The notes: generated by a model not told the origin, from the sequence alone. A stretch of DNA of 64,000 bases from an uncultured delta proteobacterium (GCA_963733195.1 CAVTCR010000073.1:128001-192000); one strand, 5' to 3'. Numbered from the stretch's first letter, positions 53,804-64,000 are shown. Program-made: numbers and translations.

Positions 53804-55657
53804 GTGGTGCTGTCCTGGTTGTTGACTCGACGATCTCTGTTGAAATTTGGCGGACTAGTGACCCTGCATGCCTGTGGCCTGAGACTAGGATTTGCAGCCG
53901 AGGAAGCAGCCAAGTTATGTGTATTCGAACATGGAAGCTGGCGTGCGGTGGTGTGTTGTGAGGCACAGGCGAGCCCACAGGTTCGTGCTGCAACAGAGCT
54001 GCTCGCACGTTACTGTCAGCAGAGCACTGGTGTGGCGGTCAGTGTGGTAGAACACCCCGTGGAAGGACAGCTCTGCATACAGGTTGGTGCGAGCAAAGAC
54101 TTCGCGTCTCCAAGTGAATTGCACTCTCTTGATGCTGATAGCTTCGTTATCGACTTTCCCGACGCCAAGACGATACGTATTCTGGGCGGGACTGACTGGG
54201 GAACCGAGTTCGGTGTGTATGAGTTTCTCGAACGCTATCTTGGCGTGCGTTGGTTGTTGCCAGGACCAAAGGGAGAGTATGTGCCGCAACTCCAAACGAT
54301 TACGATACTCCCTGACCCGATTCGTCAGCAACCGACTTTTACGTCACGGTTGCTGAGCGGGTTACGTGGCGAGGAACAAGAGATCTGGGCACGCCGACAA
54401 CGTCAGCATGGACAGATCGAATTTCATCATAATCTCCTCAAGCTGTTCCCGCCAGAACAATATACCAAGACGCATCCGCAGTTTTTTCCTATCCTCAAGG
54501 GACAGCGGTATTTGCCGGCGACAAACCGGACAGATGGCTGGCAACCCTGCTTCTCTGCCGAGGGAATTGTTGAAGAGGCGGTCAAGAATATCTGCGTATA
54601 CTTTGCTCAGCATCCGGAGGCTACATCATATTCACTCGGAGTGAACGATGGGAATGGCTACTGTGAATGTGACGCATGTAAAGAAAGGACGGGCGAACGA
54701 AAGAACTTCCTCGGGCTTCCTGACACTTCTGAAGCATATTTTACCTGGGCAAACGCGGTCGTGACCGGCGTATTGGAACGCTACCCGGACAAATGGTTCG
54801 GCTGTCTTGCATATCGTGCCGTTGCGCAGCCGCCTCCCCAGACAAAGATTCATCCTCGCATCGTTCCGTTTCTGACCTACGACCGTATGAAGTGGGTTGA
54901 CGCGACAATTGCTGCTGACGGAAAGCGAGTCACCGAGCAGTGGCAGAAAGCGGCTTCGCGGCTCGGATGGTACGATTATATTTATGGGACACCCTACTGT
55001 GTGCCACGTGTCTACTTTCACACTATGGCTGACTACTATCGCTACGGGGCACAGCATGGTGTCTCTGCTCTGTATGCTGAAGCCTACCCGAACTGGGGTG
55101 AAGGTCCGAAACTGTATATCGCGCTGAAACTACAGTGGGACCCGACACTCGATGTGGATGTGCTGCTCCGTGAATGGTGCGAAAAGGCTGTCGGTGAAGA
55201 CGCGGCTGGAGATCTCCTGGCCTACTACAAATTGTGGGAGCATTTCTGGACGCAGACTATTGTAGCGTCGCCCTGGTTTACCACGAAGAACAACGAGTAT
55301 CTGTTCTTTGGCCGCCCCGAGTACCTCGAGATCATTACCGATGAAATCTCGCGCAGCCGCTCGTTGCTTGAAGCTGTAGTGGGTAAGGTCAAGACAGCGG
55401 AACAAAAGGCGCGTGCAGACATCCTGTTCCGCGCATTTTCTTACTATGAAGCATCGGCGCTTTCGTATGGAGGGATCAAGAAGAAGGGAGCTGTTGTTCC
55501 TGGACCACCTGAGATCATCGCCTCAGAAGAAACCAAAAACCACGAATACTACAGCCAACTCGCAGCGAAAAGGCAGGCATTGACCGAAGAGTTTCAGCAC
55601 GATCCGGTCTTGGTCCACCCGCTGCCGTTTAACCGGTATCGTACATTACGGTGGTGA
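53804..55657 (+). CDS. Tat-exported DUF4838-domain (glycoside-hydrolase-like) protein
   Basis: TRRSLLK Tat motif, GTEFGVYEFLERYLGVRWLLPG, NDGNGYCECDAC, LKLQWDP. Confidence 0.75.
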   Translation: MVLSWLLTRRSLLKFGGLVTLHACGLRLGFAAEEAAKLCVFEHGSWRAVVCCEAQASPQVRAATELLARYCQQSTGVAVSVVEHPVEGQLCIQVGASKDFASPSELHSLDADSFVIDFPDAKTIRILGGTDWGTEFGVYEFLERYLGVRWLLPGPKGEYVPQLQTITILPDPIRQQPTFTSRLLSGLRGEEQEIWARRQRQHGQIEFHHNLLKLFPPEQYTKTHPQFFPILKGQRYLPATNRTDGWQPCFSAEGIVEEAVKNICVYFAQHPEATSYSLGVNDGNGYCECDACKERTGERKNFLGLPDTSEAYFTWANAVVTGVLERYPDKWFGCLAYRAVAQPPPQTKIHPRIVPFLTYDRMKWVDATIAADGKRVTEQWQKAASRLGWYDYIYGTPYCVPRVYFHTMADYYRYGAQHGVSALYAEAYPNWGEGPKLYIALKLQWDPTLDVDVLLREWCEKAVGEDAAGDLLAYYKLWEHFWTQTIVASPWFTTKNNEYLFFGRPEYLEIITDEISRSRSLLEAVVGKVKTAEQKARADILFRAFSYYEASALSYGGIKKKGAVVPGPPEIIASEETKNHEYYSQLAAKRQALTEEFQHDPVLVHPLPFNRYRTLRW

Positions 55658-55658
55658 T

Positions 55659-57851
55659 GTGATGACACGCACAGTGCGACATGCGCTACAGATGGGGAAA
55701 GTGTTCGGTCCGGCATGGCTCGCCTATCGACTCGGCTATGCTCTCCGGTTACGAACCGGTGCGTTCCGTTATCAGTTACCAGCAACAAGTTGGACTGCAC
55801 AACCGCTGACAAATTTCCTGCGTGATTCCGCACTTGCTGATCCAGAACGCTACTTGGCCTATCGGCGCGAACAATGCCCGCAGTTCTTCTTCGCTGCGAC
55901 GGATCGTCTCTGCTATCAGCCGTTGCTGAAAATGTGGGATCAGGACGAGGAGAGTGCAGTCGCCACTGCTGACAAGCTCTCACAGGGGGTGTGTACCTAT
56001 TTTGCTCATACACCTGTGGCGACAGGTTATCCACCTGACTGGCATCAGAGTCCCTTTTCTGAGGATACGCCTGCACGGGATCGTCACTGGAGCGAGATCG
56101 ATGACTTTGCCGCTGGTGACATCAAACTGATCTGGGAACCGAATCGCTTTAGTTTTGTGTACACTTTAGTCCGAGCGTATTGGCGTACAGGTGATGAACA
56201 CTACGCCGAATTGTTCTGGCAGCTTGTCGAAGACTGGCGACAGCATAACCCTCCGCAGCAAGGTGTCAATTGGAAGTGTGGCCAAGAAATCAGCTTTCGC
56301 GTTATGGCATGGTGCTTCGGGCTCTATGGAGTCCTCGACGCACAAGCGACGACTCCAGAGCGAGTTGCAATGCTGGCACAAATGATTGCCATCTCCGGCC
56401 AGCGCATTAACGCTAATCTGTCCTACGCCCTAAGCCAGAACAACAATCACGGCATTAGTGAAGGTGTGGGGTTATGGACAATCGGTCTCCTCTTTCCTGA
56501 ACTCCGTGCAGCGCAGACATGGCGGGATACAGGACGACAGGTATTAGAGACGCAAGGCAAAAGGCTCATCTATGACGATGGGGCATTCTCGCAGCATTCG
56601 GTGAACTATCACCGGGTGATGTTGCACGACTACATCTGGTGTTTACGTCTTGCCCAGTTACACGGACGTCGTCTGCATGAAGACCTCTGTAAGAGGGTGA
56701 GCAAAGCGACGGATTGGTTGTATCAGATTCAAGACGAGACCAGTGGCCGTGTCCCATATTACGGACAGAACGATGGTGCCTTGGTCCTACCATTGAGCAA
56801 CTGCGACTATCAAGACTTTCGTCCTGTCATCCAAGCGGCACATTATCTCGCGAACAAAACTCGCTGTTATGAGAGTGGACCGTGGGATGAAGATTTGCTC
56901 TGGCTCTTTGGTGTTGATGCAGTTCAGGCGCCAGTTGTCTCTTCTGAACGTACAGACCTGCAAGCCAAAGACGGAGGCTACTATACAATCCGCTCCTCGC
57001 AGAGTTTCGCTTTTGTACGTTGCGGTTCATTTCACCACCGCCCAGGGCAAGCTGACATGTTGCACGTTGATCTCTGGTGGCAAGGACAGAACATTGCCCG
57101 TGATGCTGGAACCTACAGCTACAATGCCGCGCCGCCGTGGGACAATCCTCTAGCGCATTCGGTCTACCATAATACAGTCACCGTCGATGGCATGGACCAA
57201 ATGGAACGCGTCGACAAATTTCTCTGGCTTCCGTGGGTACGTGGAAAGGTACGATGTTCAGCATTGTCTAATCAGAAGAACATTGCCTATTGGGAGGGCG
57301 AGCATGATGGGTATGGGCGTCTTCCGATGCCAGTCACGTATCGCCGCGGTATTGTCCGCTTAGGCGAAGAATGGTGGGTGGTGTGTGATGAACTACGCAG
57401 CGCAGGGCCGCACCAATATCGACTGCACTGGTTGTTTCCTGATTATCCGTATGCGTGGAACGAAGACACGGGGTCCCTAACCCTGTTTACACCTGCCGGA
57501 CCGTATCACATGCAAACGATGGTCTCGTCGAACGAGGTGAAGACTTCACTGGTGCGAGCCGATTCCAAAAGTCCACGTGGATGGTGTGCCCCATATTATT
57601 TCTCCCGCGAACCTGCCTTATCAATTGACTTGACAGCTATTGTTGACTCCTCGACATTCTGGACCGTTTTTGGCCCTCAGGCGGGCATGATCCATCAGCG
57701 TGAGTCTACACTCAAGATCGTCACAGAAAGTTGGCAAGCCGTGATGCAGGGAGAGACCAGGACTAACTCACAGCTTCCCCTCATGAGCGCAATCACACTA
57801 ACGGGAATGATGAACGACCAATTGGAGATTTCCTCATGCATATCCTCTTAA
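55659..57851 (+). CDS. Heparinase II/III family protein
   Basis: DIKLIWEPNRF, QNNNHGISE, QHSVNYHR, QADMLHVDLW, DAGTYSYN, HNTVTVDG. Confidence 0.88.
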   Translation: MMTRTVRHALQMGKVFGPAWLAYRLGYALRLRTGAFRYQLPATSWTAQPLTNFLRDSALADPERYLAYRREQCPQFFFAATDRLCYQPLLKMWDQDEESAVATADKLSQGVCTYFAHTPVATGYPPDWHQSPFSEDTPARDRHWSEIDDFAAGDIKLIWEPNRFSFVYTLVRAYWRTGDEHYAELFWQLVEDWRQHNPPQQGVNWKCGQEISFRVMAWCFGLYGVLDAQATTPERVAMLAQMIAISGQRINANLSYALSQNNNHGISEGVGLWTIGLLFPELRAAQTWRDTGRQVLETQGKRLIYDDGAFSQHSVNYHRVMLHDYIWCLRLAQLHGRRLHEDLCKRVSKATDWLYQIQDETSGRVPYYGQNDGALVLPLSNCDYQDFRPVIQAAHYLANKTRCYESGPWDEDLLWLFGVDAVQAPVVSSERTDLQAKDGGYYTIRSSQSFAFVRCGSFHHRPGQADMLHVDLWWQGQNIARDAGTYSYNAAPPWDNPLAHSVYHNTVTVDGMDQMERVDKFLWLPWVRGKVRCSALSNQKNIAYWEGEHDGYGRLPMPVTYRRGIVRLGEEWWVVCDELRSAGPHQYRLHWLFPDYPYAWNEDTGSLTLFTPAGPYHMQTMVSSNEVKTSLVRADSKSPRGWCAPYYFSREPALSIDLTAIVDSSTFWTVFGPQAGMIHQRESTLKIVTESWQAVMQGETRTNSQLPLMSAITLTGMMNDQLEISSCISS

Positions 57852-59085
57852 TTCACCAAGCTTTTGTCGGTCCCAACGAAGCAGGAGGGACACGGCACTA
57901 CGAACTTGCTCAGCATGCCATCAAGAACGGCCATCGCTGTTCGATTGTCGCGAGTGATATTAGCTATCTCACCGGTCAGGTAGCGATACAGAAAACCGGA
58001 CTGGTGAGTGAGCAGGATTGCAATGGGGTACGAGTGCTCCGTGCGTATACGTATCCAGCACTGCATCGGAGCTTCATCTGGCGGATTGTGTCATTTCTCA
58101 GTTTTATGTGTACTTCAGTGTGGGCTGGGTTGCGAGCCGGACCAGTCGATCTTGTCATGGGAACGTCGCCACCTATTTTCCAAGCGGTGTCTGCTTGGCT
58201 TGTTGCACTACTCCGTAGAAAGCCGTTTCTCTTGGAGATTCGCGATTTGTGGCCGGAATTCGCCATTGACATGGGAGTGCTGAAGAATCCTGTACTCATC
58301 TGGCTGTCGCGGTGGTTAGAGCAATTCCTCTATGCACGAGCAACCCATCTGTTAGTGAATTCTCCAGCGTACCGCGAATATCTCATCAGCAAAGGTATTC
58401 CCGCGACGAAAATCAGCCTCATTGCTAACGGTGTTGATCCGGACATGTTCACTCCTGATACGGAGGGGAGCGAGATCCGGCAACGATGGAATCTCACAGA
58501 TCACTTTGTTGTGACCTATGCCGGGGCGTTGGGATTGGCAAATGATATTCCCGTCATCTTGCAAGCTGCTGCACAGCTACAAGATCACGATCAGATTCGA
58601 TTCCTCATTGTTGGTGATGGCAAAGAGCGTGCCGCGCTTGAAGCCCAAGCCCAACAGATGACGACTCACCAATGTGATCTTTACTGGATCACAACCGAAA
58701 GTCTGAGATGCCAGCAATTCTGGCGGCATCCGACGTCTGCATCGCCATTCTCCAGAATATCCCGCTCTTTCGTACAACCTATCCAAACAAAGTGTTTGAT
58801 TATATGGCAGCAGGACGCCCGACCTTGCTCGCAATCGATGGAGTAATCCGCGAAGTGGTCGAAGCTGCAAATGGCGGAGTATTTGTTCCCCCTGGCGACG
58901 CAAGTGCTTTGGCGCAAGCGGTACTATCACTGAGCTATGACCGAGAGAAAGCGCGAAGCATGGGAAAATCGGCTCGCGCTTATGTGGTCGAGCATTTCAA
59001 TCGTCACTACCAAGCCGAGCAGTTTGTGACCCTTCTGCAAGAAGTCGCTCTTACAGCGATACAATCGAGATCAGAGAGGCAGCTT
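57836..59085 (+). CDS. WbuB-like GT4 glycosyltransferase (frameshifted; runs in frame into the sugar transferase)
   Basis: GGTRHYELA, TSPPIFQ, LEIRDLWPE, YAGALGLAN, TYPNKVFDYMAAGRP. Confidence 0.85.
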
Positions 59086-59676
59086 GTGAAACGTGCGTTT
59101 GACCTTGCAGTAACGATTCCCGCCGTGCTTCTTCTTTTACCGCTTCTTGCCATTGTCGCTGTCTTGGTACGGTACAAACTTGGGACGCCGGTGCTCTTTC
59201 GTCAGCAACGACCGGGACTGCATGGAAAGCCATTCACTATTTACAAATTTCGTACGATGACTGATGCACGAGATACACAAGGCATGCTTCTCCCAGATAG
59301 TGAACGCCTTACCCCATTTGGCCGTTTCTTACGCTGTACCAGTCTCGACGAACTGCCGGAACTCTTCAACGTATTGAAAGGGGACATGAGTGTAGTCGGA
59401 CCGCGTCCGTTGCTTATGCACTACCTCGGACGCTACACGCCCGAGCAAATGCGCCGTCACGATGTTAAGCCAGGTATTACTGGTTGGGCGCAGATCAATG
59501 GGCGAAACGCGCTTACGTGGGAAGAAAAATTTTCCTTAGATGTCTGGTATGTAAATAATGCAACCCTGTGGCTAGACCTGAAAATTCTTGGGTTCACGAT
59601 AGGAACAATCTTTCGTCGTGAAGGCATCAACCAACCTGGACACGCCACAGCGCAGGAGTTTCTCGGAAATTCCTAG
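59086..59676 (+). CDS. Initiating phosphoglycosyl (sugar) transferase, PglC-like
   Basis: KRAFDL, FRQQRPGLHGKPF..YKFRTM, SLDELPELFNV, GPRPLL, KPGITGWAQINGRN. Confidence 0.9.
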   Translation: MKRAFDLAVTIPAVLLLLPLLAIVAVLVRYKLGTPVLFRQQRPGLHGKPFTIYKFRTMTDARDTQGMLLPDSERLTPFGRFLRCTSLDELPELFNVLKGDMSVVGPRPLLMHYLGRYTPEQMRRHDVKPGITGWAQINGRNALTWEEKFSLDVWYVNNATLWLDLKILGFTIGTIFRREGINQPGHATAQEFLGNS

Positions 59677-59793
59677 ATCATCGCTCTCTAAAGTTCCCTT
59701 ACGCGTGGTCGATATTCTAAACAATATCCAAATCCTTCCTTGTATCAGTCTTGTCACGAGCAAAAAGCTCTGAACATAAGGAACAAGAGAGCC

Positions 59794-60453
59794 ATGCGTA
59801 TACTAATTATTGGGGCAGGGGGACACGCACAAGTCGTTGCCGATATTCTCCTCCAACGACAAGAACAAGACGACCTCACCCAGCCAGTGGGGTATGTCGA
59901 TGATTGTCTCTCTCTCCGCGGACAGCATCTCCTCGGACTGCCAGTGTTCGGGACACTCAACGATATTCCTCAGATTCCTCACGATGCCATTGTGATCGCG
60001 ATCGGGGACAATGCCACTCGCGCACGGCTTTTTGCCTCACTACGTGCACGAGGAGAAAAACTGGTGAACGCAATTCACCCGAGTGCTGTGATCTCCCGAG
60101 ACGTGCATCTTGGCATAGGGGTCATGTTCTGTGCTGGGACAGTAGTGAACTCGGGGACGGTGATTGGAGATAATGTCATTGTCAATACCAATTCCAGTGT
60201 CGATCATCATAATTATGTTGATGACCATGTGCATATCGCTCCTGGGGTTCACCTCGGAGGAAACGTGCACGTCGAGACTGGAGGATTTGTTGGCATCGGC
60301 GCTGCTGTGATTCCTGGGCGCACAGTTGGGAACTGGGCGATTGTTGGGGCAGGAGCAGTGGTGACTGAGGATATCCCTGCGTGGACGACCAGCGTCGGTG
60401 TTCCAGCCCGAGTGATCAAATGTCGTGACACACACGAGAAGATTGCTGCATAA
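59794..60453 (+). CDS. PglD/NeuD-family sugar acetyltransferase
   Basis: IIGAGGHAQVV, AIGDN..R, IHPSA, hexapeptide repeats, VGVPARV. Confidence 0.88.
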   Translation: MRILIIGAGGHAQVVADILLQRQEQDDLTQPVGYVDDCLSLRGQHLLGLPVFGTLNDIPQIPHDAIVIAIGDNATRARLFASLRARGEKLVNAIHPSAVISRDVHLGIGVMFCAGTVVNSGTVIGDNVIVNTNSSVDHHNYVDDHVHIAPGVHLGGNVHVETGGFVGIGAAVIPGRTVGNWAIVGAGAVVTEDIPAWTTSVGVPARVIKCRDTHEKIAA

Positions 60454-60690
60454 GGAATGTGTTGAAACGACAGAGAGCTGTCTTGTTGCACGCACCAAAG
60501 ACATGACCATATCTAAAGTTGGGTAGACGTTTGCCGATAGTATAAGCACACACAGTGACACAAGTGGTTTTTCTCGGCTTGTGTGAGACCGTGCGTGTCC
60601 TGGGGGACTTGTCGCAGCCAGTAAAAACGAAACCAAACCTCTCAGTGAGAGATACTTCTCTCCTGCATTCAGACACTTCTGGGGGATGCG

Positions 60691-61881
60691 ATGATGAATC
60701 AGTCGACGTTGAATAAAACCCTTTCGATTATTTATCCTACCCTGCCATCACTGACGGCAATTGAAGAGGTCGTCCGGAAAAGTTGGGAGTCGGGTATTGT
60801 TACCGTGGGTCCGACCGTCCGTGCTTTTGAAGAAGAAACCTGTCGCTACACTGGGGTGCGCCATACGATTGCGTTCTCTTCATGTACCGCTGGGCTTATG
60901 CTCGTGCCTCGCGCGATGAATCTTCCTCCTGGTGGCGAAGTTATTGTCCCGTCGTTTACCTTCGCAGCCACTGCACAAGCGCTAGTATGGAACGGGCTGA
61001 TTCCGGTATTCACAGATTGCCTTCCGGGGACGTGTACATTGGACCCTGAAGATGTAGAGCGGAATATCACGTCGAAAACCGTGGCGATCTGCCCAGTATA
61101 CATCTACGGGTTACCACCGGACATTGAACCACTTTTGGAAATAGGCAAACGCAAAAATATTCCAGTGTATTTCGACAGTGCACAAGGCTTAGGCTCGACC
61201 TATCGTGGCGTAACGGCAGGCAGTTTTGGTGCCTGTGAAGTATTTTCTTTGAGTCCGACAAAAGTCGTTACAGCGATGGAAGGCGGTCTCATCACCACGA
61301 ATGATGATGCCCTTGCTGCCCGCCTGCGCTCTCTGCGGGACTATGGCAAAGACCCAGAGAACGGCGAAGATATGATTCACTTTGGCCTCTCGGCACGAAT
61401 GGGCGAGATCAATGCTGCGGTGGGGATGTTGTCATTAAGAAATATTGAACAGCTTGTGAATCCACGTTTGCACTGGATCTCAGCATACCGCGAACGTCTT
61501 GGTCGTTTGCCTGGATGTTGGGTGCAGAGCTTTCCAGCGGACCGAACAACCAGTGGCAACTACTTTGTCCTGTTCGTTTCCGACAAAGCCCGACGAACGC
61601 GCGATGAAATGTATCATCGGCTTAAGGATGCTGGTATTCAGACCAAACGTTATTTTTACCCCCCTGTCCATATGCAGACCGCGTTTCAACGGGTGCCGAT
61701 TCGTGTCAGTTCGCGCATCAGCAACACAATTAAAGCCGGCTATGAAGGACTTGCCTTACCTCTGTACTCGCACATGATGGAGGAGCAATTCGAGCGTGTC
61801 TGTCGTCAAGTAGAGGATCTCTTACTTGTGACCACCAACGACGCTCAGCGGAACGCACGAGGCGGTCGTCTTGCCGCATAA
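60691..61881 (+). CDS. DegT/DnrJ/EryC1/StrS aminotransferase
   Basis: SSCTAGL, VPSFTFAAT, DSAQGLG, FSLSPTK...EGG. Confidence 0.9.
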   Translation: MMNQSTLNKTLSIIYPTLPSLTAIEEVVRKSWESGIVTVGPTVRAFEEETCRYTGVRHTIAFSSCTAGLMLVPRAMNLPPGGEVIVPSFTFAATAQALVWNGLIPVFTDCLPGTCTLDPEDVERNITSKTVAICPVYIYGLPPDIEPLLEIGKRKNIPVYFDSAQGLGSTYRGVTAGSFGACEVFSLSPTKVVTAMEGGLITTNDDALAARLRSLRDYGKDPENGEDMIHFGLSARMGEINAAVGMLSLRNIEQLVNPRLHWISAYRERLGRLPGCWVQSFPADRTTSGNYFVLFVSDKARRTRDEMYHRLKDAGIQTKRYFYPPVHMQTAFQRVPIRVSSRISNTIKAGYEGLALPLYSHMMEEQFERVCRQVEDLLLVTTNDAQRNARGGRLAA

Positions 61882-61883
61882 CT

Positions 61884-62035
61884 GACTAAATCAGACCACA
61901 AAAGATTGGCACACGAGTTCTGTCACCCTGAGTGCAACGAAGGGTCTTTCAGGGAGATTCTTCGCGCTGCTCAGAATGATACGAGCGAGAGGTCGCGTTG
62001 GTACGTGTACGAATATCATGTGGTTCGATTGAGAA
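61884..62035 (+). mobile_element. MITE-like repeat (~150 bp)
   Basis: Second copy of 16212-16362, with internal GTCACCCTGAG...CTCAGAATGA palindrome. Confidence 0.65.
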
Positions 62036-62079
62036 GCCCAGCAACCGTACGTGTTGGTCTCCCTACAACATAACTCGCC

Positions 62080-63993
62080 ATGGTTTATCTGAATCGAATA
62101 CTTCGTCATTTTCTGCTCGTCAGTACGCAGATTACGCTCGTATTGCTTGCACAGTACTTCGCGTTTCTTGTACGTTTTGATGGGGTAGTTCCGCCGTACT
62201 ATAGACACATGTACGAGCACGGACTTCTATGGCTGCTTCTCACTCGTGGTGTGATCTTTTTCCCCTTCCATCTATACGGCAGCTTTTGGCGCTACGCGGG
62301 TATTTGGGACCTGCGAAATATTATTGCGGCAGTTGTGACGAGCTCATTCGTGTTTGCCTTGGTGGCTGGAATTGGGTTGGAGGTGCATTATCCTCGCTCA
62401 GTGTTGATCATTGATAGCGTCTTTCTCATCTGTTTGCTTGGGGGGTTACGCTTAGCGTTGCGAATGTTCGCTGAATGGCAACGGGAGGATGGACAGAAGC
62501 GAGTGCTGATTTACGGGGCGGGAGATGCGGGTGAACGCGTTGCTTCTGATATGCAGAAAAGACGATTGCGGGCGTATGCGCCCATTGGCTTTATTGACGA
62601 TGATACCGAGAAGACCGGCATGTGGATTCACGGCCTCCCAGTGTTTGGGGCTGCTAAGGACCTTGCGCAAATTATTGCGCGTGAGAAACCTGACGAAGTA
62701 TTAGTAGCGATGCCGAGTGAGACTCCGGCCCGTATTCGTGCTGTGGTCAAAACGCTTGAACCATTCAAGATGCCCATTAAGACACTGCCAAATTTAGCAG
62801 ACATCATCGATGGCAGAGCAACGGTGAGTCAAATTCGTGACCTTGCGATCGAGGACTTACTCGATCGTCCTCCAGTACAAATGGACCTTGCGCCAGTTCG
62901 TCACTTTGTCAAAGGGAAGCGGGTGTTAGTGACTGGTGCCGGAGGCTCGATCGGGTCTGAACTGTGTCGCCAACTGGCCCAGTGTGAACCCGACATGCTC
63001 TTGATGTTGGATAAGGCAGAGAGTGCGCTCTACGACATTGACATGGAGTTGCGACAGAAGGCTCCCGCCTGTCCTCGCATGACACTCCTTGTTGATATTA
63101 CCAATGCTGGTCGGTTGCATGATGTCTTCATGCGTCATGCACCACAGATTGTGTTCCATGCGGCAGCGTACAAGCACGTGCCGATGATGGAGATGCATCC
63201 GAGCGAAGCCGTCCTCAACAATATTATTGGTACCCGCCGCCTGTGCGAGATTGCCGCCCAGCGGGGAGTAGAAACCTTCGTACAGATCTCGACTGACAAA
63301 GCAGTCAACCCCACCAATGTGATGGGTGCCACGAAGCGTGTTGGTGAGTTGTTTGTGCAAGCCGTGGCACGGCAAGCAGAGGTACAGAGCCAGACGACGT
63401 TTTGTGCCGTTCGGTTTGGAAACGTCCTTGGTAGTAACGGTAGTGTGGTTCCGCTATTTCTCCAGCAAATCCATCAAGGTGGACCAGTGACAGTAACCCA
63501 TCCCGACATTACACGCTATTTCATGACTATTCCCGAGGCTTCTCAGTTGGTGTTGCGCGCGGCAACTTTAGCAAAAGGCGGAGAGATCTTTGTCTTAGAT
63601 ATGGGGGAGCAGATTCGTGTTCTTGATATGGCACGACATCTGATCCGTCTTGCTGGTTTCGTGCCGGAAGAAGAAATTCCCATTACATTCACCGGACTTC
63701 GTCCTGGAGAGAAGTTGTACGAAGAGCTAGTCGGTACAGACGAGGCTGCCGAACCGTCTAGAGAGATGAAGATCAATCGTGTCTGTCCGCAGTGGCAACC
63801 GGATCTTGATCGGTTAATAACGGACTTGCGCGAACTCGAATGGCTTGCCGAGCAAGGGCGTACAAAGGCAATTATCGCATTACTCCGTGAGATCGTACCG
63901 ACCTTTCGTTTGCCCGAAGCTGAGGTAAAAGCGGAGATCCATACGTCGCTACGTGGTATGGCTGATCCTCCTAGCCTTGCTGTGGCAGCATAA
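62080..63993 (+). CDS. PglF/CapD-like UDP-GlcNAc 4,6-dehydratase
   Basis: N-terminal TM helices, YGAGDAG, TGAGGSIGSEL, HAAAYKHVP, STDKAVNPTNVMGATK, RFGNVLGS, GLRPGEKL. Confidence 0.92.
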   Translation: MVYLNRILRHFLLVSTQITLVLLAQYFAFLVRFDGVVPPYYRHMYEHGLLWLLLTRGVIFFPFHLYGSFWRYAGIWDLRNIIAAVVTSSFVFALVAGIGLEVHYPRSVLIIDSVFLICLLGGLRLALRMFAEWQREDGQKRVLIYGAGDAGERVASDMQKRRLRAYAPIGFIDDDTEKTGMWIHGLPVFGAAKDLAQIIAREKPDEVLVAMPSETPARIRAVVKTLEPFKMPIKTLPNLADIIDGRATVSQIRDLAIEDLLDRPPVQMDLAPVRHFVKGKRVLVTGAGGSIGSELCRQLAQCEPDMLLMLDKAESALYDIDMELRQKAPACPRMTLLVDITNAGRLHDVFMRHAPQIVFHAAAYKHVPMMEMHPSEAVLNNIIGTRRLCEIAAQRGVETFVQISTDKAVNPTNVMGATKRVGELFVQAVARQAEVQSQTTFCAVRFGNVLGSNGSVVPLFLQQIHQGGPVTVTHPDITRYFMTIPEASQLVLRAATLAKGGEIFVLDMGEQIRVLDMARHLIRLAGFVPEEEIPITFTGLRPGEKLYEELVGTDEAAEPSREMKINRVCPQWQPDLDRLITDLRELEWLAEQGRTKAIIALLREIVPTFRLPEAEVKAEIHTSLRGMADPPSLAVAA

Positions 63994-64000
63994 ACAGTCT

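Noticed and set aside
13476-59000. Many frameshifted genes as true pseudogenes or programmed frameshifts
   Set aside because: Single-base indels hit unrelated genes including pyk, with conserved motifs intact and densest at 43-53 kb. This fits uncorrected long-read error; read polishing would decide.
1-64000. CRISPR arrays, tRNA/rRNA, prophage or defence systems
   Set aside because: No regularly spaced repeats, structural RNA signatures or hallmark genes seen by eye; tRNAscan-SE and Infernal were not run

Overview
A 64 kb bacterial chromosome segment. Gene content and repeat families suggest Candidatus Binatota or related 'Deltaproteobacteria' (inference). It starts with about 3.9 kb of decayed insertion sequences (two IS110, two IS6). 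In the first IS110, both element ends, a CT core and the target- and donor-matching guides of a bridge RNA can be read directly from the sequence. Next come an F420 biosynthesis cluster (cofG-cofH-cofD-cofE), hisG and lpxD. These are followed by an ECF sigma/RskA-type anti-sigma pair next to a DUF4331-TPR-His-rich Ni/Co-transporter-like cluster, a histidine kinase/receiver pair, pyk, an mlaEFDAC operon, otsAB and a sigma54-dependent two-component system with nearby sigma54 promoters. An HTH-fused citrate-synthase-fold gene sits divergent from a Re-citrate synthase gene around a palindromic operator. The window ends with a ~28 kb Wza/Wzc polysaccharide locus containing an O-antigen-ligase-TPR protein, a flippase, Wzy, glycosyltransferases, FkbM, DUF4838, a heparinase II/III family protein and PglC/D/E/F-like genes. 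Many genes carry single-base frameshifts, most likely long-read sequencing errors. No rRNA, tRNA or CRISPR array was seen.
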